Shown here: in pieces, positions 1 to 11,700 of the stretch | How the letters are laid out: the number at the start of each line of letters is the position of its first letter | How positions within the stretch are numbered: the stretch's first letter is position 1 | Assembly: GCA_905178155.1 (NCBI GenBank) | Contig: CAJINV010000005.1 | Location: 5,979,754 to 6,043,753 of the forward strand | Length of the DNA: 64,000 nt | Direction: 5' to 3' | Origin: Amoebophrya sp. A120 | Taxonomy: Eukaryota; Protista; Dinoflagellata | Translations under genes and position numbers: made by a program | Notes under the pieces: generated by a model | The model's database searches: none | What the model was told of the DNA's origin: nothing | The model's input: only the letters and a program-made list of their open reading frames with translations

Positions 1-794
1 CTCGCGCTGGCACTCTTCTTGCCCCGTTTCTGATAGTCATGTCTTGATCTCGCGCTCGCCCTGCTGCGCGCCAGAGCATAATTGTCGTGCGCGATTCTCC
101 GAAACAGCCACTGTGCTCGGCCCAGAGTGGTGATCAGAATGTTGGCGCCATTCACCTCGTCGATATTAAGTAGCGCTGACGCTGTACCATGACCTCCCCT
201 GCGGTTTGATGATGGTCTCTGAGGCACTTCTTCCTCCTGCCCTTCGTGCAAAACAGCTGTCTTGTAGGGTCCCCTGCTCGACGTGCACGCTCCACCAGCG
301 CCAATCGCACTTGAAGAAGCCGCACTCTGCCCAACCTTCGCGACTCCAGTCAGTCCACTAATCAACGAATGAATCTCCTTCGCCACCTGCCTTGAAGGCA
401 CTAAAACGAGAACTTGCGGCGCCGGGTCGAGGAAACAAGGCCGACTCGTATTGCCGGCTACAACTACATCAGGAGGAGGTGCACCTCCTCGTATATTCCC
501 TTTGTTATTGTTTGTCAAAAAACTACTACCACCACCGCCCTTGTTCTGCAGCCGCAGGCGCTCCAAGACGGGCAGTAAACACCCCAGAGTTTTGCCACTG
601 TTCGCCGGACTGGCGAGTAGTAGGCTTTTCCCGCGACACAGCCGGAAAAAGATCTTTTCCTGTAGCGGAAGCAGTCTTTTCACCCCCAGCGTGGACTCCA
701 GACCGACCCGGAGCTTCGGCGAAGTGATCAGGTGGGTGAGCTGGAATTTTGCTTTTTTCGAAGAAATGATAGAGGAGGACGCAGATGATATCAT
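1..794 (-). CDS. DEAD-box RNA helicase-like protein, N-terminal part (runs off the window's left edge)
   Basis: Manual translation from ATG at 794 is open to base 1 (absent from the ORF track because there is no stop). It has a Q-motif-like LGVKRLLPLQ, motif I SPANSGKT, motif Ia VLVLVPSRQVAKEI and motif Ib NILITTLGR. The start codon is uncertain. Confidence 0.75.
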   Translation of the reverse strand, partial: MISSASSSIISSKKAKFQLTHLITSPKLRVGLESTLGVKRLLPLQEKIFFRLCRGKSLLLASPANSGKTLGCLLPVLERLRLQNKGGGGSSFLTNNNKGNIRGGAPPPDVVVAGNTSRPCFLDPAPQVLVLVPSRQVAKEIHSLISGLTGVAKVGQSAASSSAIGAGGACTSSRGPYKTAVLHEGQEEEVPQRPSSNRRGGHGTASALLNIDEVNGANILITTLGRAQWLFRRIAHDNYALARSRASARSRHDYQKRGKKSASA

Positions 795-3479
795 CGGACC
801 TACGAAGAGATTTTGCCAAGAAAACTGCGTCTGGCACTAGATACTGCTAGACGCACTTTGACATTCACGGCTGCGCCAACATGGAGACGAGGTAGCTGGG
901 CTAAGAAAGATCTTCGTCTTGTTCCCCACCTCGGTACACTATTTCCTCAGAAAGAAGTGTAAGACCGTCCAGCGTTTGAAGATCTGCTTTTCTGATCGAT
1001 CTGATCGTACGCGCTTTGGATTCCAGTCGTGAAAAAAGAAAGCTGGCATGATCCAAGACATGCAAGCAAAAAATATGATCTTTTCGCTGTTCAGTGACAG
1101 AGCCCGGGGTCGCGAAATTCAGAATTCTTCACACGAGAAGATCATGAAAAGAGAAACCAAAATACGAAAGTAACAGTGGACGTGATCTTCTTCTTCATCT
1201 TCGTAAAGACTGCTCTGTGGCGCATTGGAAAAACCTGCTAAGCAGGAGCTTCTGCATCTTCTTTTCTTCCGTTTTAGAAGTTAACAGCGCCTCCAAAACT
1301 TTGTTTTGTTTTTGAGCGTAGATCATCTCTACTCGACATACCGCGTTCTTTCTCCAGTTTTTCTTTCCTCTGTTCGTCTTTATAGATGGGACGAGGAGGT
1401 TGATGCAGATGCTCTCCTATATGCACCGGATTGATACCCCCCGGTACTAGGTTATTGTCGGTTCGTCGGAACAAGCGATATGGAGTAGGAAAATTAGCGA
1501 TGCGATAAAACATTTAATTCTGGTAGATCTAGAGTCTATCTTAGAAACAATTTTAGAATAATTCGTTTCATATTCCCAAAAAAATAAAAGTGCTCGAAAC
1601 GGAGGTGGAGCGCCGACCTATCAACAGCTACAGCGTATACCCTATGCAGCCTTTACTGTGAAAATTTTGACGCTGGTAGTGCAGTAGAAGGTGATGATGT
1701 TCATCTTTCTGGACGTTGAAAACAACCAGAACGACGATTTCCTCCTCACCACTCTGGGTCAATACATCCGCAGAAGGTATCATGATGGTAAAAACTGTTT
1801 GCTGTGAAGTAGTAGGTTGTTGAAAATAACAGAATGTTGGAGCCGAGGGGAAAAAATTACAGGGAGCTGCCGTGAGTAATTATATCAAAACAGTGCCATA
1901 ATTCCGTGCGTCTTCTTCTCCTTCTTCGTTCGAAGAAGCTGCTTCGTGATGAGGCTAGTAAAGCTAAAGAAACGAAAATTACAAACTTTCGACATTGACT
2001 CTTTTGGGTCAAGGGTCAGAAATTTATAGTTCCCCGTAACTCCTGAAGTACAAGCACAACAATAAGCAGCTGTAAGAAGATTCCACTATGTGTCATTTGT
2101 TGCAGTCCTGAGCACCTGAAATTATATTAGCACGACGAATTGAAGATGCTTGCTATTTAGCGCCTCGGCCACCAATAGAAGGTCTTTATTTTTCAGTTTT
2201 GCAGCTGGCTGTACAAAAGATGATAAAGACGCAGCAGAAATTGGCTTACTCAAGTGTCAAGTGAACCAAACTTCTGCTTGCCGTTACCACCCCCACCGGT
2301 TACTACACATAGCTGCTTTTAAGATTTGGTGGTACAGATGAAAAGGTTGTAGAAAGCAATTATGCTGCTATCTACTGCCACCGATGGTCGGGGACGCGAG
2401 CGGGCGCCTCTTCTGCTCCCCACGACGCGTGGCACAATAAACGAGAAAGAGAAAATGAATATTTCTTCGTGAATTTTGATTTGATTGTTAAGGTAAAAAT
2501 ATCAGAAACTCAAACGTTTGATTTCTTTATCTGCAGGATTTTTTCTAGTGATTCACGTTCGTTATCCGTACCAAAAACCTTCACGCTCATAGTATTCGCC
2601 CTATCTTTTAGAAGTTGTCATGAAGAAAAATCAATCTGTCCGTTCCTTTAGCTGCTATAAACCGCACGAAAGGTAGATATAAGTGCACAAGGACCAGCAT
2701 TTAGATGCTTGATTCTGATGTGCTGCTAGTCAAAACGTCAAACTCATCCAGTTTTAGATCTTATTCCTACCCAACAGAAAAATATTTTTAGTTAACTGCT
2801 GCCCTATCGCCGCCTCCTGCCGAAACAAATCGCGCATGGTTTTGTTTACACTATACAGTGTTTCGGCTTTTGTAGGTATAATTTGTAGCAGACACTGGTC
2901 GTCCCTTATGTAAAAAATCGTTCTTATTTCGACGAGGAGAAGCTTTTTATCACAACGACTTTCTTCGAACTAGCATAGGCTGAGCACATCAGAAGTCTTA
3001 CATATCAGTTGTGACAACTCAATCTCAAAACCGTTGTAGTTTTCTTGTCCATCTTTTCTATTGATGCTCGATAAAGAAGGCGATATCATTCTTTTAGCCC
3101 AAAATTTAGAACAAATTTTTCCTGCTTCATTTTTCGAAAAACATCAATTTTCGTCGTCGAATGGTGGCCACGACTTAAATGTCCAACGGCTTGGACATGC
3201 ACTCGCCGGTGGGGTATGCGGGGGAAGAAATTTTTCGTTTGTGATGCACAGGACGAGACGATGCTTGCTTCATAATCATATCGGAGCTGTGTGAAGATCA
3301 TGCGGGTTTCGTGCGTCTTCGAAAACTTTTAGAATTCCAAGAGAAAGAACCAAGTCGGCAAGAACAAAAAAAACTTTCATGCCATCGTAGTTGCAGCTGC
3401 TGGCTGCTGTAGTGCGAGTATGCATGACAAACTTCTGCATAGATTCGTCCTGTCTGTGCATGACAAGCGACTTTTTTCC

Positions 3480-6400
3480 TCATTTCCGTAAGGTCTTCAA
3501 CATGCGGCTGGTGACGCGGTAGGGGTCGCAGTTCGCGGCCGGGCGCCGGTCCTCCATGTACCTGTGAAGATGAAGCAGTTTTGTTTGATCAATTTGTGAT
3601 GCATAGAGCGCACCACACAGCAAAGCTTCGAGATCAAGAAGCTGTGATGCTGCAACAGTTACAGTACTTGATTCCACTTCTAACTTCAACTCTACGATAA
3701 TTGCGGAAATCTGTCATGCAGCACCCAGAAAAGGAAACTTTCTTCTCATGCACACACCTCAACAGGAGGAAAACCACAAGTCTCTTTAATACCCCTTCTT
3801 GTTCAGCCAGGCCTCGCGCGGGATGCGGATGGAAGCCCCGCGGTCCGCGACGCCATACTTGAACTCGTTGATGGAGCAGGTCTCGTGCAGTCCGGTCAAC
3901 CGCTTCTCGTTGCCCTCACCGTACTCCGCGATGTGCTCCTTGGCCACCGCACCGAAGGCCTTGCACACGTGCTCGATGACCTCGTAGCCGCCCTCCGCGC
4001 GCATCTGCTTGATCGAAAAGTTGGTGTGGCACCCAGCACCGTTCCAGTCACCCTCCATCGGCTTCGGGGAGTAGGTAACCTTGTTCACAGATGATAAAAG
4101 GAGACTTGAAATCTCAACTGTTGTTGTTCCTATTGCAGAAGCATTTGAATTTGTCTTGCACGTCTACATGATTTAATGGCAATAGCAGCAGAAGGTTTTT
4201 TACTTACCTGGACGCCCATGTCTTCCGTGACGCGGTTCATGATGTAGCGGGCCGGGTATCCAATGTGACAAAAATCCCGACAATCACAAATGCATTTCCT
4301 TCAAGCAACTGTGATGTACAAAGTCTTGTTTCAAAAATTTAAATTCAACTCGTCCTTGTGCATTATAGTCGTCCACATTAGAACATGACAAAATAGGATT
4401 GAAAAAGCCACGACGCGGCATGATATGCACAAGAAGACTGACACTGACGCGGAGTTTTTATCACCGAGGATACCACATGCAAATGGTCGCCCATCTCGAT
4501 TCCCTTGCACGGTCCGACCTGGAACTCCCACTGACCTGTTTTGATTTTTTGGAAGATGTCAATATTTGTATTGCTAGTCCGACAAAGACAAAGTAGAGCC
4601 GAGCTGTTCTTGCGCATCACAAACTTTCGGGAACAATCATTTACATTTCTTATACTATGTATATGTAAATTTCTTCTTACCCGGCATCACTTCGGCGTTC
4701 ATGCCCGCAATTTTGACGCCGGCGAGCAGGTATGCAATGCAAAAGCATCGCACTCGCATAAATGCATTACAAATTCCCTCAGCATGAGAAATTAAATTTG
4801 TAATGCTGATTTACCTCAAGAAAAAAATTTGTAATGCATGATTGCAATACGAGTACGATACTTTTGCACAGGATAGCAGGCACTTGGCGTAGTGCACATC
4901 CGCGATCGAGCGGCCAATCCCGAATCCGCAGCCCGCGCCGCAGTAGTAGGGACCCTGCGCGGCCGGTTCGGACCCGTCCTCGTTGAACCCCAGCGGCACA
5001 GTGGAGAGCTCGCCATACTTGGCCGGTTTCATCAGGGTGTACTCCTGCTCGATACCAAACAAGTATGCAATACAAATTTCCACCATTTGCACATGTTGTA
5101 CAATAAAATGCATCACAAATTTGCTGTTCGCCACGACGTTGGAACAACATATGCAGCCACGACTTGTCATGCTGAAGACAGGTTTTGCCATGCAGAAGCA
5201 GCATTTGTACGACGTGTACAGGAATTTCTTCACAGTGGATAACCACGGGTCCAGAGCACCGTATTTCTCCATCACAGCAGCGCACGCCGCACGGTGGTTA
5301 CCTACAATGTTATTTTGCGTTCATTCTGTTTTATTTTGCATCACAAATGCAAATCACAGTCAGTCTGATTTTATTTTTAGTAGCATGACAAACCCGCTGC
5401 TTTCATCTCCAAGCGGGGTATCACAGGTTGTTTTCCAAGAATAAAGCGTTTAGATAGAAGTAGTACCGATGGCCGGCTTCATGTCCGGGGTAACACACTC
5501 CGCCATCACCATCACATTGTCGCCGCCACGAATGTATGCAGCGCAAAAGCACACTATCGGTATCGTACTGGAGCAAATCGCAATACAGCATGACAAACTA
5601 CATCTGGCGTCATGGTCAACTTTTTCGACATAAACACACTGAGATGTAGTTTCTTTTGTTAAGAATTCAGCATTTATAAACCCTGGTGAAATTGTTCATG
5701 CGGAGGAGTACGTCGATATGATATGAACTACTTTTGCAATCTGCATAAGAAGGGGTCCTTGAACAGAGCCCGGGGAATCAGCAGAATTTCGGAGTCGGAG
5801 CTATGGAGTTCTCAAATGTTACATTCTCAGCTGCTATATGAATTTGCAATGCAAGAAGGGCAACAGTGAAAGGAGGAGGATTGCGCCTTTTGCATTACAG
5901 ATTTGGGACGGATTATAGTGCTTTTTAGCTCTCCGCAAATTTGTAATGCGGAGCAGCTTGATCGAGAGGATGATGATGTTGTTTTTGCATGACAAATTCA
6001 TGTAACAGTTGAGAATGTGACGTTTGAGAGCCCCATAAGAGCCCGGGGCTTGCTCGGTAGAGGATCCATCGAAGTTCCACATTGGGCAATCGTCGGGCTT
6101 GATTTAGATTTTTTTTTCATGAAAAATGTCAACAGAAGATGACAGAGGTAAACATAAGCTCGCAGTCGCATCAACAAGTTCCATTTATTGACGTCATCAT
6201 CTACTTCCACTTCCCCTGTGCATGACAGACAAGTATACTGCAATACACTTAATTTCCGATCAACATTTTTAAACAGTACCGACACGGGCTTCTTGGACAG
6301 CGTCTTCGTTTTGGAGCGCGTCACGCCAGCCGCATCCAGCCAGATGTATTCCGCGACGGGGGTATTCACAGGAAGTAGAGTTTGATTCTCTCTATTTTGC

Positions 6401-6482
6401 GTACGCGTACTTAACCACACACGACACGGAATCACAAGAGCATACACGGCATCCACATGTAGTACGTGGTCGATTTCGTCAT
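3480..6482 (-). CDS. GLN1: Glutamine synthetase type II, multi-exon (6 GT-AG introns + 5 non-canonical element introns)
   Basis: The spliced translation gives [99 protein letters not shown] and [12 protein letters not shown]. Canonical introns include 4536-4680, 5302-5466 and 6098-6279. The first exon (ATG 6482) is tentative. Confidence 0.95.
4257..4472. mobile_element. Degenerate introner-like insertion (singleton) in glutamine synthetase
   Basis: TATCC...GGATA ends with degenerate flanks (ccggg/ccaca on +). Removing the element plus 5 nt restores GDHLHVARYIM. Confidence 0.8.
4731..4875. mobile_element. Introner-like element, family A
   Basis: TATGCAATGCAAAAG...CTTTTGCACAGGATA with perfect gcagg direct repeats. 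Excision restores [16 protein letters not shown]. Confidence 0.92.
5064..5241. mobile_element. Introner-like element, family B
   Basis: TATGCAATACAAATTTCC...GGAATTT..GTGGATA, similar to 39560 and 42263. Excision restores DPWFGIEQEY. Confidence 0.88.
5535..5747. mobile_element. Introner-like element (family A-like ends, divergent interior)
   Basis: TATGCAGCGCAAAAG...CTTTTGCAATCTGCATA with a degenerate 5-bp flank. Excision restores FKDPFRGGDN. Confidence 0.85.
5802..6037. mobile_element. Introner-like element, family E
   Basis: About 45-bp imperfect TIR (TATGGAGTTCTCAAATGTTACATTCTCAG), flanks ggagc/agagc, homologous to 55329-55565. Excision restores QAPGSDSEIL. Confidence 0.9.
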
Positions 6483-8759
6483 GCAACTTCCTGAACAACG
6501 CGGACGTTAGCAAAAAAGAATCAACGACCTTCATCCTTTGCATAAACGCAGTCGCTGTAGGTGTTTTTCGGTCCGAGCTCCGAACCGCCGCCGTCCTTCC
6601 CGACGGCCGGACGGGCGAAGGTGGCGGTAGTGCCCCAGGCGGAGAGAGTTTCCGACATTTTGCAGAGAGTGTTGTGGACAAAAGGAATGAAACCAGTGTG
6701 CTGGTCTAGTGCCTTCTTTACACCGAATACCGGGTAAAACTTGTGTTTGTCTTTCTATAGTTCTCGACAGGTCGCCTAGGGATTTTTTTATTTGACTCTT
6801 TTGTACTTGCAGCTCATCAGCAAATCTTCACTCAAATTATTTGTGCGCCGTGGTGCTGGACAGTTTGTCTAATCTTATTTGTGCCGTTGAATGAATGAAT
6901 GATTTACCCAACTGACGGGGTTACGATAAGCGTATTCTCGCGCAGTAAAGCTTCTACTTTGCCAGTTCAGTAGTAAACGCGTGGTTCTTGTTTCGCTTCA
7001 GTGTTGATACGGTAGTTCTTGCGATGGGTTCGTTTTGTTTTTTCTTCAGGGCAAAACTTCTGCTTTGGTGAGAAGAATATCAAATCTAAACTACGAGCAA
7101 AAAGGTTCGGATAGTGATTTTCAAAAAAAAAAAACGAGGTAACCGAAAGAGTAGACGGTCGGATCTTAACCAAAACCAGTGCGATGTAGAAAATCTTGAT
7201 TCGTCAGTCTCGGTAGTGCTATTTGTATGCAAGGAAGAATAAAAGCTTTTTCTATCAAAAAAGACTCAAGCCAAATAGAAGGCGCTCATCTGCAGGCTGA
7301 AGCTGCTCTACTTCTACTTGTGTATTGCATTCACGCTGCTTTCGCTCTCCTCTACTTGACGAGTTCGGATTTTGGGGGTTAACGCTTTTCCAAAAAGATG
7401 AACAGTAAAGTCGAAACCTTAAAAAGGCCGTTTTGGTTATTTCCAACAACCGGCTGGCTGCTATGGGTTTTCTACGGGTCGGAATGGAGCGGGGGGGATG
7501 GAAATAGAATTCGAATTGAAGTACTTATGGTGCCCATGTTGCGCCGCCTAGTAATACACAACATCACTATCTATTATTCTGGTGTTTGCTTTTTTTTGCC
7601 GTTCCACGCAGTTTCCCTCGCTCGCTCCTCAGCTCTACTTCGCTCACGTCAGGCGAAACTAGACGTCCTTAGTACCCCAAGTGATCTCTATTGACTTCCA
7701 TGTTGCGCTGCTATTCCTATGGATATCGCTCGCTTGTTGTGAAACGCGCTTTGTTATCGTTTTTGTGGAGAATCAATCAAAGAACACTACAGCCTGTTTC
7801 ACAAGCTTCTCAAAGTCAGCTGCTGACAGTTTGACTTTACTTCACGGCGGTCGTTCAGCAGGACTGAAGCAGTAGTAGGTGTGACGCTGCTACTCGCAAT
7901 TTCTTCTTGAACCGCTTCATTCTCTTCCTCAGGAAGATGAAACTTTACTTTATTGACTATGTATCATACAACTTTTCAGGCCTAAAAAGACCCTAACCGT
8001 CAAAAAAACGTTCTTATTTTTTTCGCTGGAAACTGTCTGATGAAGACGAACTTCTCTTTTTCTTGGAAATTACAGAAAGCTTACGTGATGATTGAAATCT
8101 GTTCGACTCTAAGCCTTAGATTGTCCCTGTTCGACCCCTATTCGTTTACGTCCCTGGATTCTCATTATCGCCTGAATAGGAAGATGTTGGGATTGGAAAG
8201 ACGCTGCGGAAGAAGTGCTGTCGTTTTGTGTGGTTTTTTGCGATCCTTGCTGTGCTCCTTTTGCATTGAATAGTTGCACTATACGCTAGCGCTTTGGCTT
8301 TTCCATTGAAGGCACTGTATGTGTGTTCGGTACTGCCCGTTGCAGGAGAAACTGATACGCTGAGTAGAGAATCAAACTCTACTGAAAGACGCGGCGTTCG
8401 AGGACGTCCAACGTCCTCATGTACGTGCCATCTTCTGGTGCTCTCATGTATGACCACTTTGCGGTACTAGTATGTGGTGGTGCCAAATGTGATGCTACCC
8501 TGGTGGAAAAATGATCCTGGTATCTCTTACGTATAGTTTTTCCGAGCTTCTGAGAGCTATGCGATGTAGTTGAAGATGCTCTAGTGTTCTTTCTGTATTT
8601 GTGTTTATTACTGATACTGTACTTGTGTTATTACCGTACTGCATGAACAATACGAGCTGTTTCTATACGAACTCGACATGTACTACGTAGCTATCCTCCT
8701 GCATAAAACAGCCACTGATGAAGATCATGTAGAAGTGGATCATGTTAAGTAAGTCATTT

Positions 8760-11700
8760 TCAGCACAAAAGTTTTGTGAAGCCCCGGTGCGTCGAACCTA
8801 TCGACGAGAGAGACGAAGATGCCATCCCAGCCCGTGCATCTCCGCCAGCCGAGGACCACGAGGAGCTCTTGCTAGAAGCACAGCTGTAGTAGTTCTCTAG
8901 CCACTCTTCAGTTCCAGGAGTAGTGGCAGAAAATGAACCCGCCCGTGCCCCCGCGGAGTTTTTCTTGTCCTCGCCGACACTGTTTAATATTTTCGTGGAG
9001 CGATCCTCTCCCGTATTATCCGTCGTAAACAATAACCCGACCAGGTCCTTCATAAAATCTCCGACCAACTCGCTGGTAATCTTCGTGGAAAAACTCAAAT
9101 CTGGACTGCTGTTGCACTCCAACAGCCAAACCTTCCCGAACCGGTCTACCATGAAGTCGTACCCGAACACCTCGTACGAATTCAGCCGGTCCGGGATTTT
9201 CGGCCCAGTGGCCCGCAGGGTCAGTTGCACAAGCGCCTGCATCTGCTTTTGGATGGAGGAAAACGATATCGAATTTTTTGAGAACGTCGGACCTCCGAAA
9301 GATGGTGCTGTAGTTGTCAGCATATGTTGTTCCCCTGATGTTGACGCCGACGGCAACGCACTGAAAGCAGCAGTAGCTGCTGCTGCATCATTTTTAATAG
9401 CCGCTGTTCCCCTGTTATTTAAAAAGTCGTCGAATTTGCGGGAAGTCCACATTGTCTCGTCGTATTCTTCTGCCCGCATCCCTGGTGTGTTATGCGAGTG
9501 CACCACTCCCCCTCCCCCTCATTTTTCATGCAAAATACCTAATTTACGCCTTGGCTCTTGGCACTGTTTGCATGACAAGTTCTCGAAGCCCAAATAGGAC
9601 TGCCTTCCTGTCAAAATTTGTCATGCAAAACCTGTACTCTTGCTGACGGTTGTATTGTTGTTCATGCAATACAAATGAGGGGGATGGGGAGTTGTGCATT
9701 GTCATATGTGTTCCTCACCACGCAATTATTGGTCAGGTGCACAAAGTTGTCTATCCTGTGCAAAAGTATCGTACTCGTATAGATGCAAGTCTTGCATTAC
9801 AAATCTTTATCTCAAGGGAAATCCGCATTACAAATTTTCTCTCTCATGCTGAGGAAATTTGCCATGCATTTATACGAGTACGATGCTTTTGCAGTTCATA
9901 TTGTCTTGCTGTTTGCGATTTTGAGTTGTGGTCCGGCTGGTAATTATGCTGGAAGTACTAGATTTCCTTCGGGATAATTTATGAGAAAGAACTGGCGCTG
10001 CTCCACCTACTGGCGCAGTCACAGCAGGTGTGGGCGATGTATTAGCCACAACTGGTCCCGGTGTACAAGAACTTGTAGATTGATTGCTAGTCGTCCTCTG
10101 ATGTTCCTGCTCCGGTTGTTGTGCTGATTGCTGCTGCAGCCCCTCATCATTGTTTTGCACTTGATGTTCCACGACCGGCGAGATCACTCCCGTAAAAAAT
10201 GCTTATCACATGTAAAAATGTCTGGGCCTGGAAAAATGCCAGACTTGTCATGCAGGTTTTGTATGACCCATGAGGTCTAGTATGTAGGACATAGCATGAC
10301 AGATTGCGTGAGAGTTCTATCATGCCTACCCTGCATGAGAAACTCCCTCCCGACTTGGTCAAAACTGGACGACTTTTGGTAATCATGCAACACAGATTTT
10401 TGCATGCTTCAGATTTAGCATGACAAGTGGCATTCTTCCAGACCCAGACATTTTTACATTTGATAATGCTCCTTCTCGTACCACGTTGTACTCCTTCCCG
10501 GCTAACCGCAGGTAGCATTGGTTGTAAAACCAGGCGGTAGCAGCAGGAGAGACGCCCGCGGAAGAATCATCGTTCTTGTCCACTTCTGTTCTTGATCTAC
10601 TTGATGCCATCTTCTCATTTCCACCGACCACGCGGCCAGCAGAGCTTCCGCTGTTCTGAGTCTTGTCGCCAACAAGTCCCAGTGACGAGGAGCAATTTTT
10701 TTCGTCGTGGTCCTCAACCTTTTGTTTTCCCGCAGTTTTTTCGTGCGCCGTGGTATCATTCGCCGAAATTGTGGAAGAAGAAGAAGAAGAAGAAGAAGAA
10801 GAAGAAGAAGAAGAAGAAGAAGAACTTCCAGCACAACCACTTCTCCAGTGACCTCCCAACTTTGTCAACACGACCCACTGGCGCATGTCGAATTTCCGCT
10901 TATTCAGAATCATGGGTTGCTCAATGTATTTCTGCACAATCCAGTTGAAGCCGTTTCCGGTGAGTTTTAAAATCTCTTGCAGATTGTTCTTCACGCAAAT
11001 CTATGAACTGCAAAAGTATCGTACTAGTATAAATTGCATGACAAACGAGCTCAGCAAGACAAATGCAATTTGTAATGCTGTTTTACCTTGAGGAAAACAT
11101 TTGTCATGCATATTTGCAATTCGTACGAGTACGATTCTTTTGCACAGGATAAAATCCCCTCGCCCCGGCCGGCGTTGGCGGGCTTCAAAATCCAAAAATT
11201 GTCGGATCCGTCAAGGCCCGTGAAAAAGGTATGTTTCAACTTCCGCAAAACCTCCGGTAGTTCCTCATAAAACTGGCAAAAGGGCTCGATCAAGTAGGTC
11301 CTCACCTCCTTCACGAGCTGGGAAAATGTGACATTCGGTCGTGCCGGGGCGAGCACATCCTCGGTGAGAATCTGCCAGTCGCGGGCGTTCACCAGATCGC
11401 TGTTCAAGTTCGCCCACCGCCGGCTCATCTTCTTCTGCTCAACGATGTCCTGGTCGAGTTTTAGACTGTCGAAAAGCTTGAAAAAGAGCCGAAGGGCGAG
11501 CTTCAGCTTCGGATACGTGAGTCTGGGGAGGTGGGAGTAGGTGGCTACAATATTAAACAGTGGCTTCTCTTTGTTCTTTATCGACGAGAACGAAGAGGAG
11601 GAGGTGGAGAACAGCGCCGTAGCTTTCAAAACCGAATCGCTAGAACTAGTGGTCATCTTGTTTGACAGTTTGATGTTGGGACAGGTCGAAGACATCATCT

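Noticed and set aside
2001-2013. ttttgggtcaag resembling the 3' end of the dinoflagellate spliced leader
   Set aside because: Short, mismatched and on the strand opposite to the genes.
4779-5444. Recurrent peptides such as [27 protein letters not shown] and MSGSGRM in many ORFs as a protein repeat family
   Set aside because: They are read-through translations of the element TIRs, not real protein motifs.
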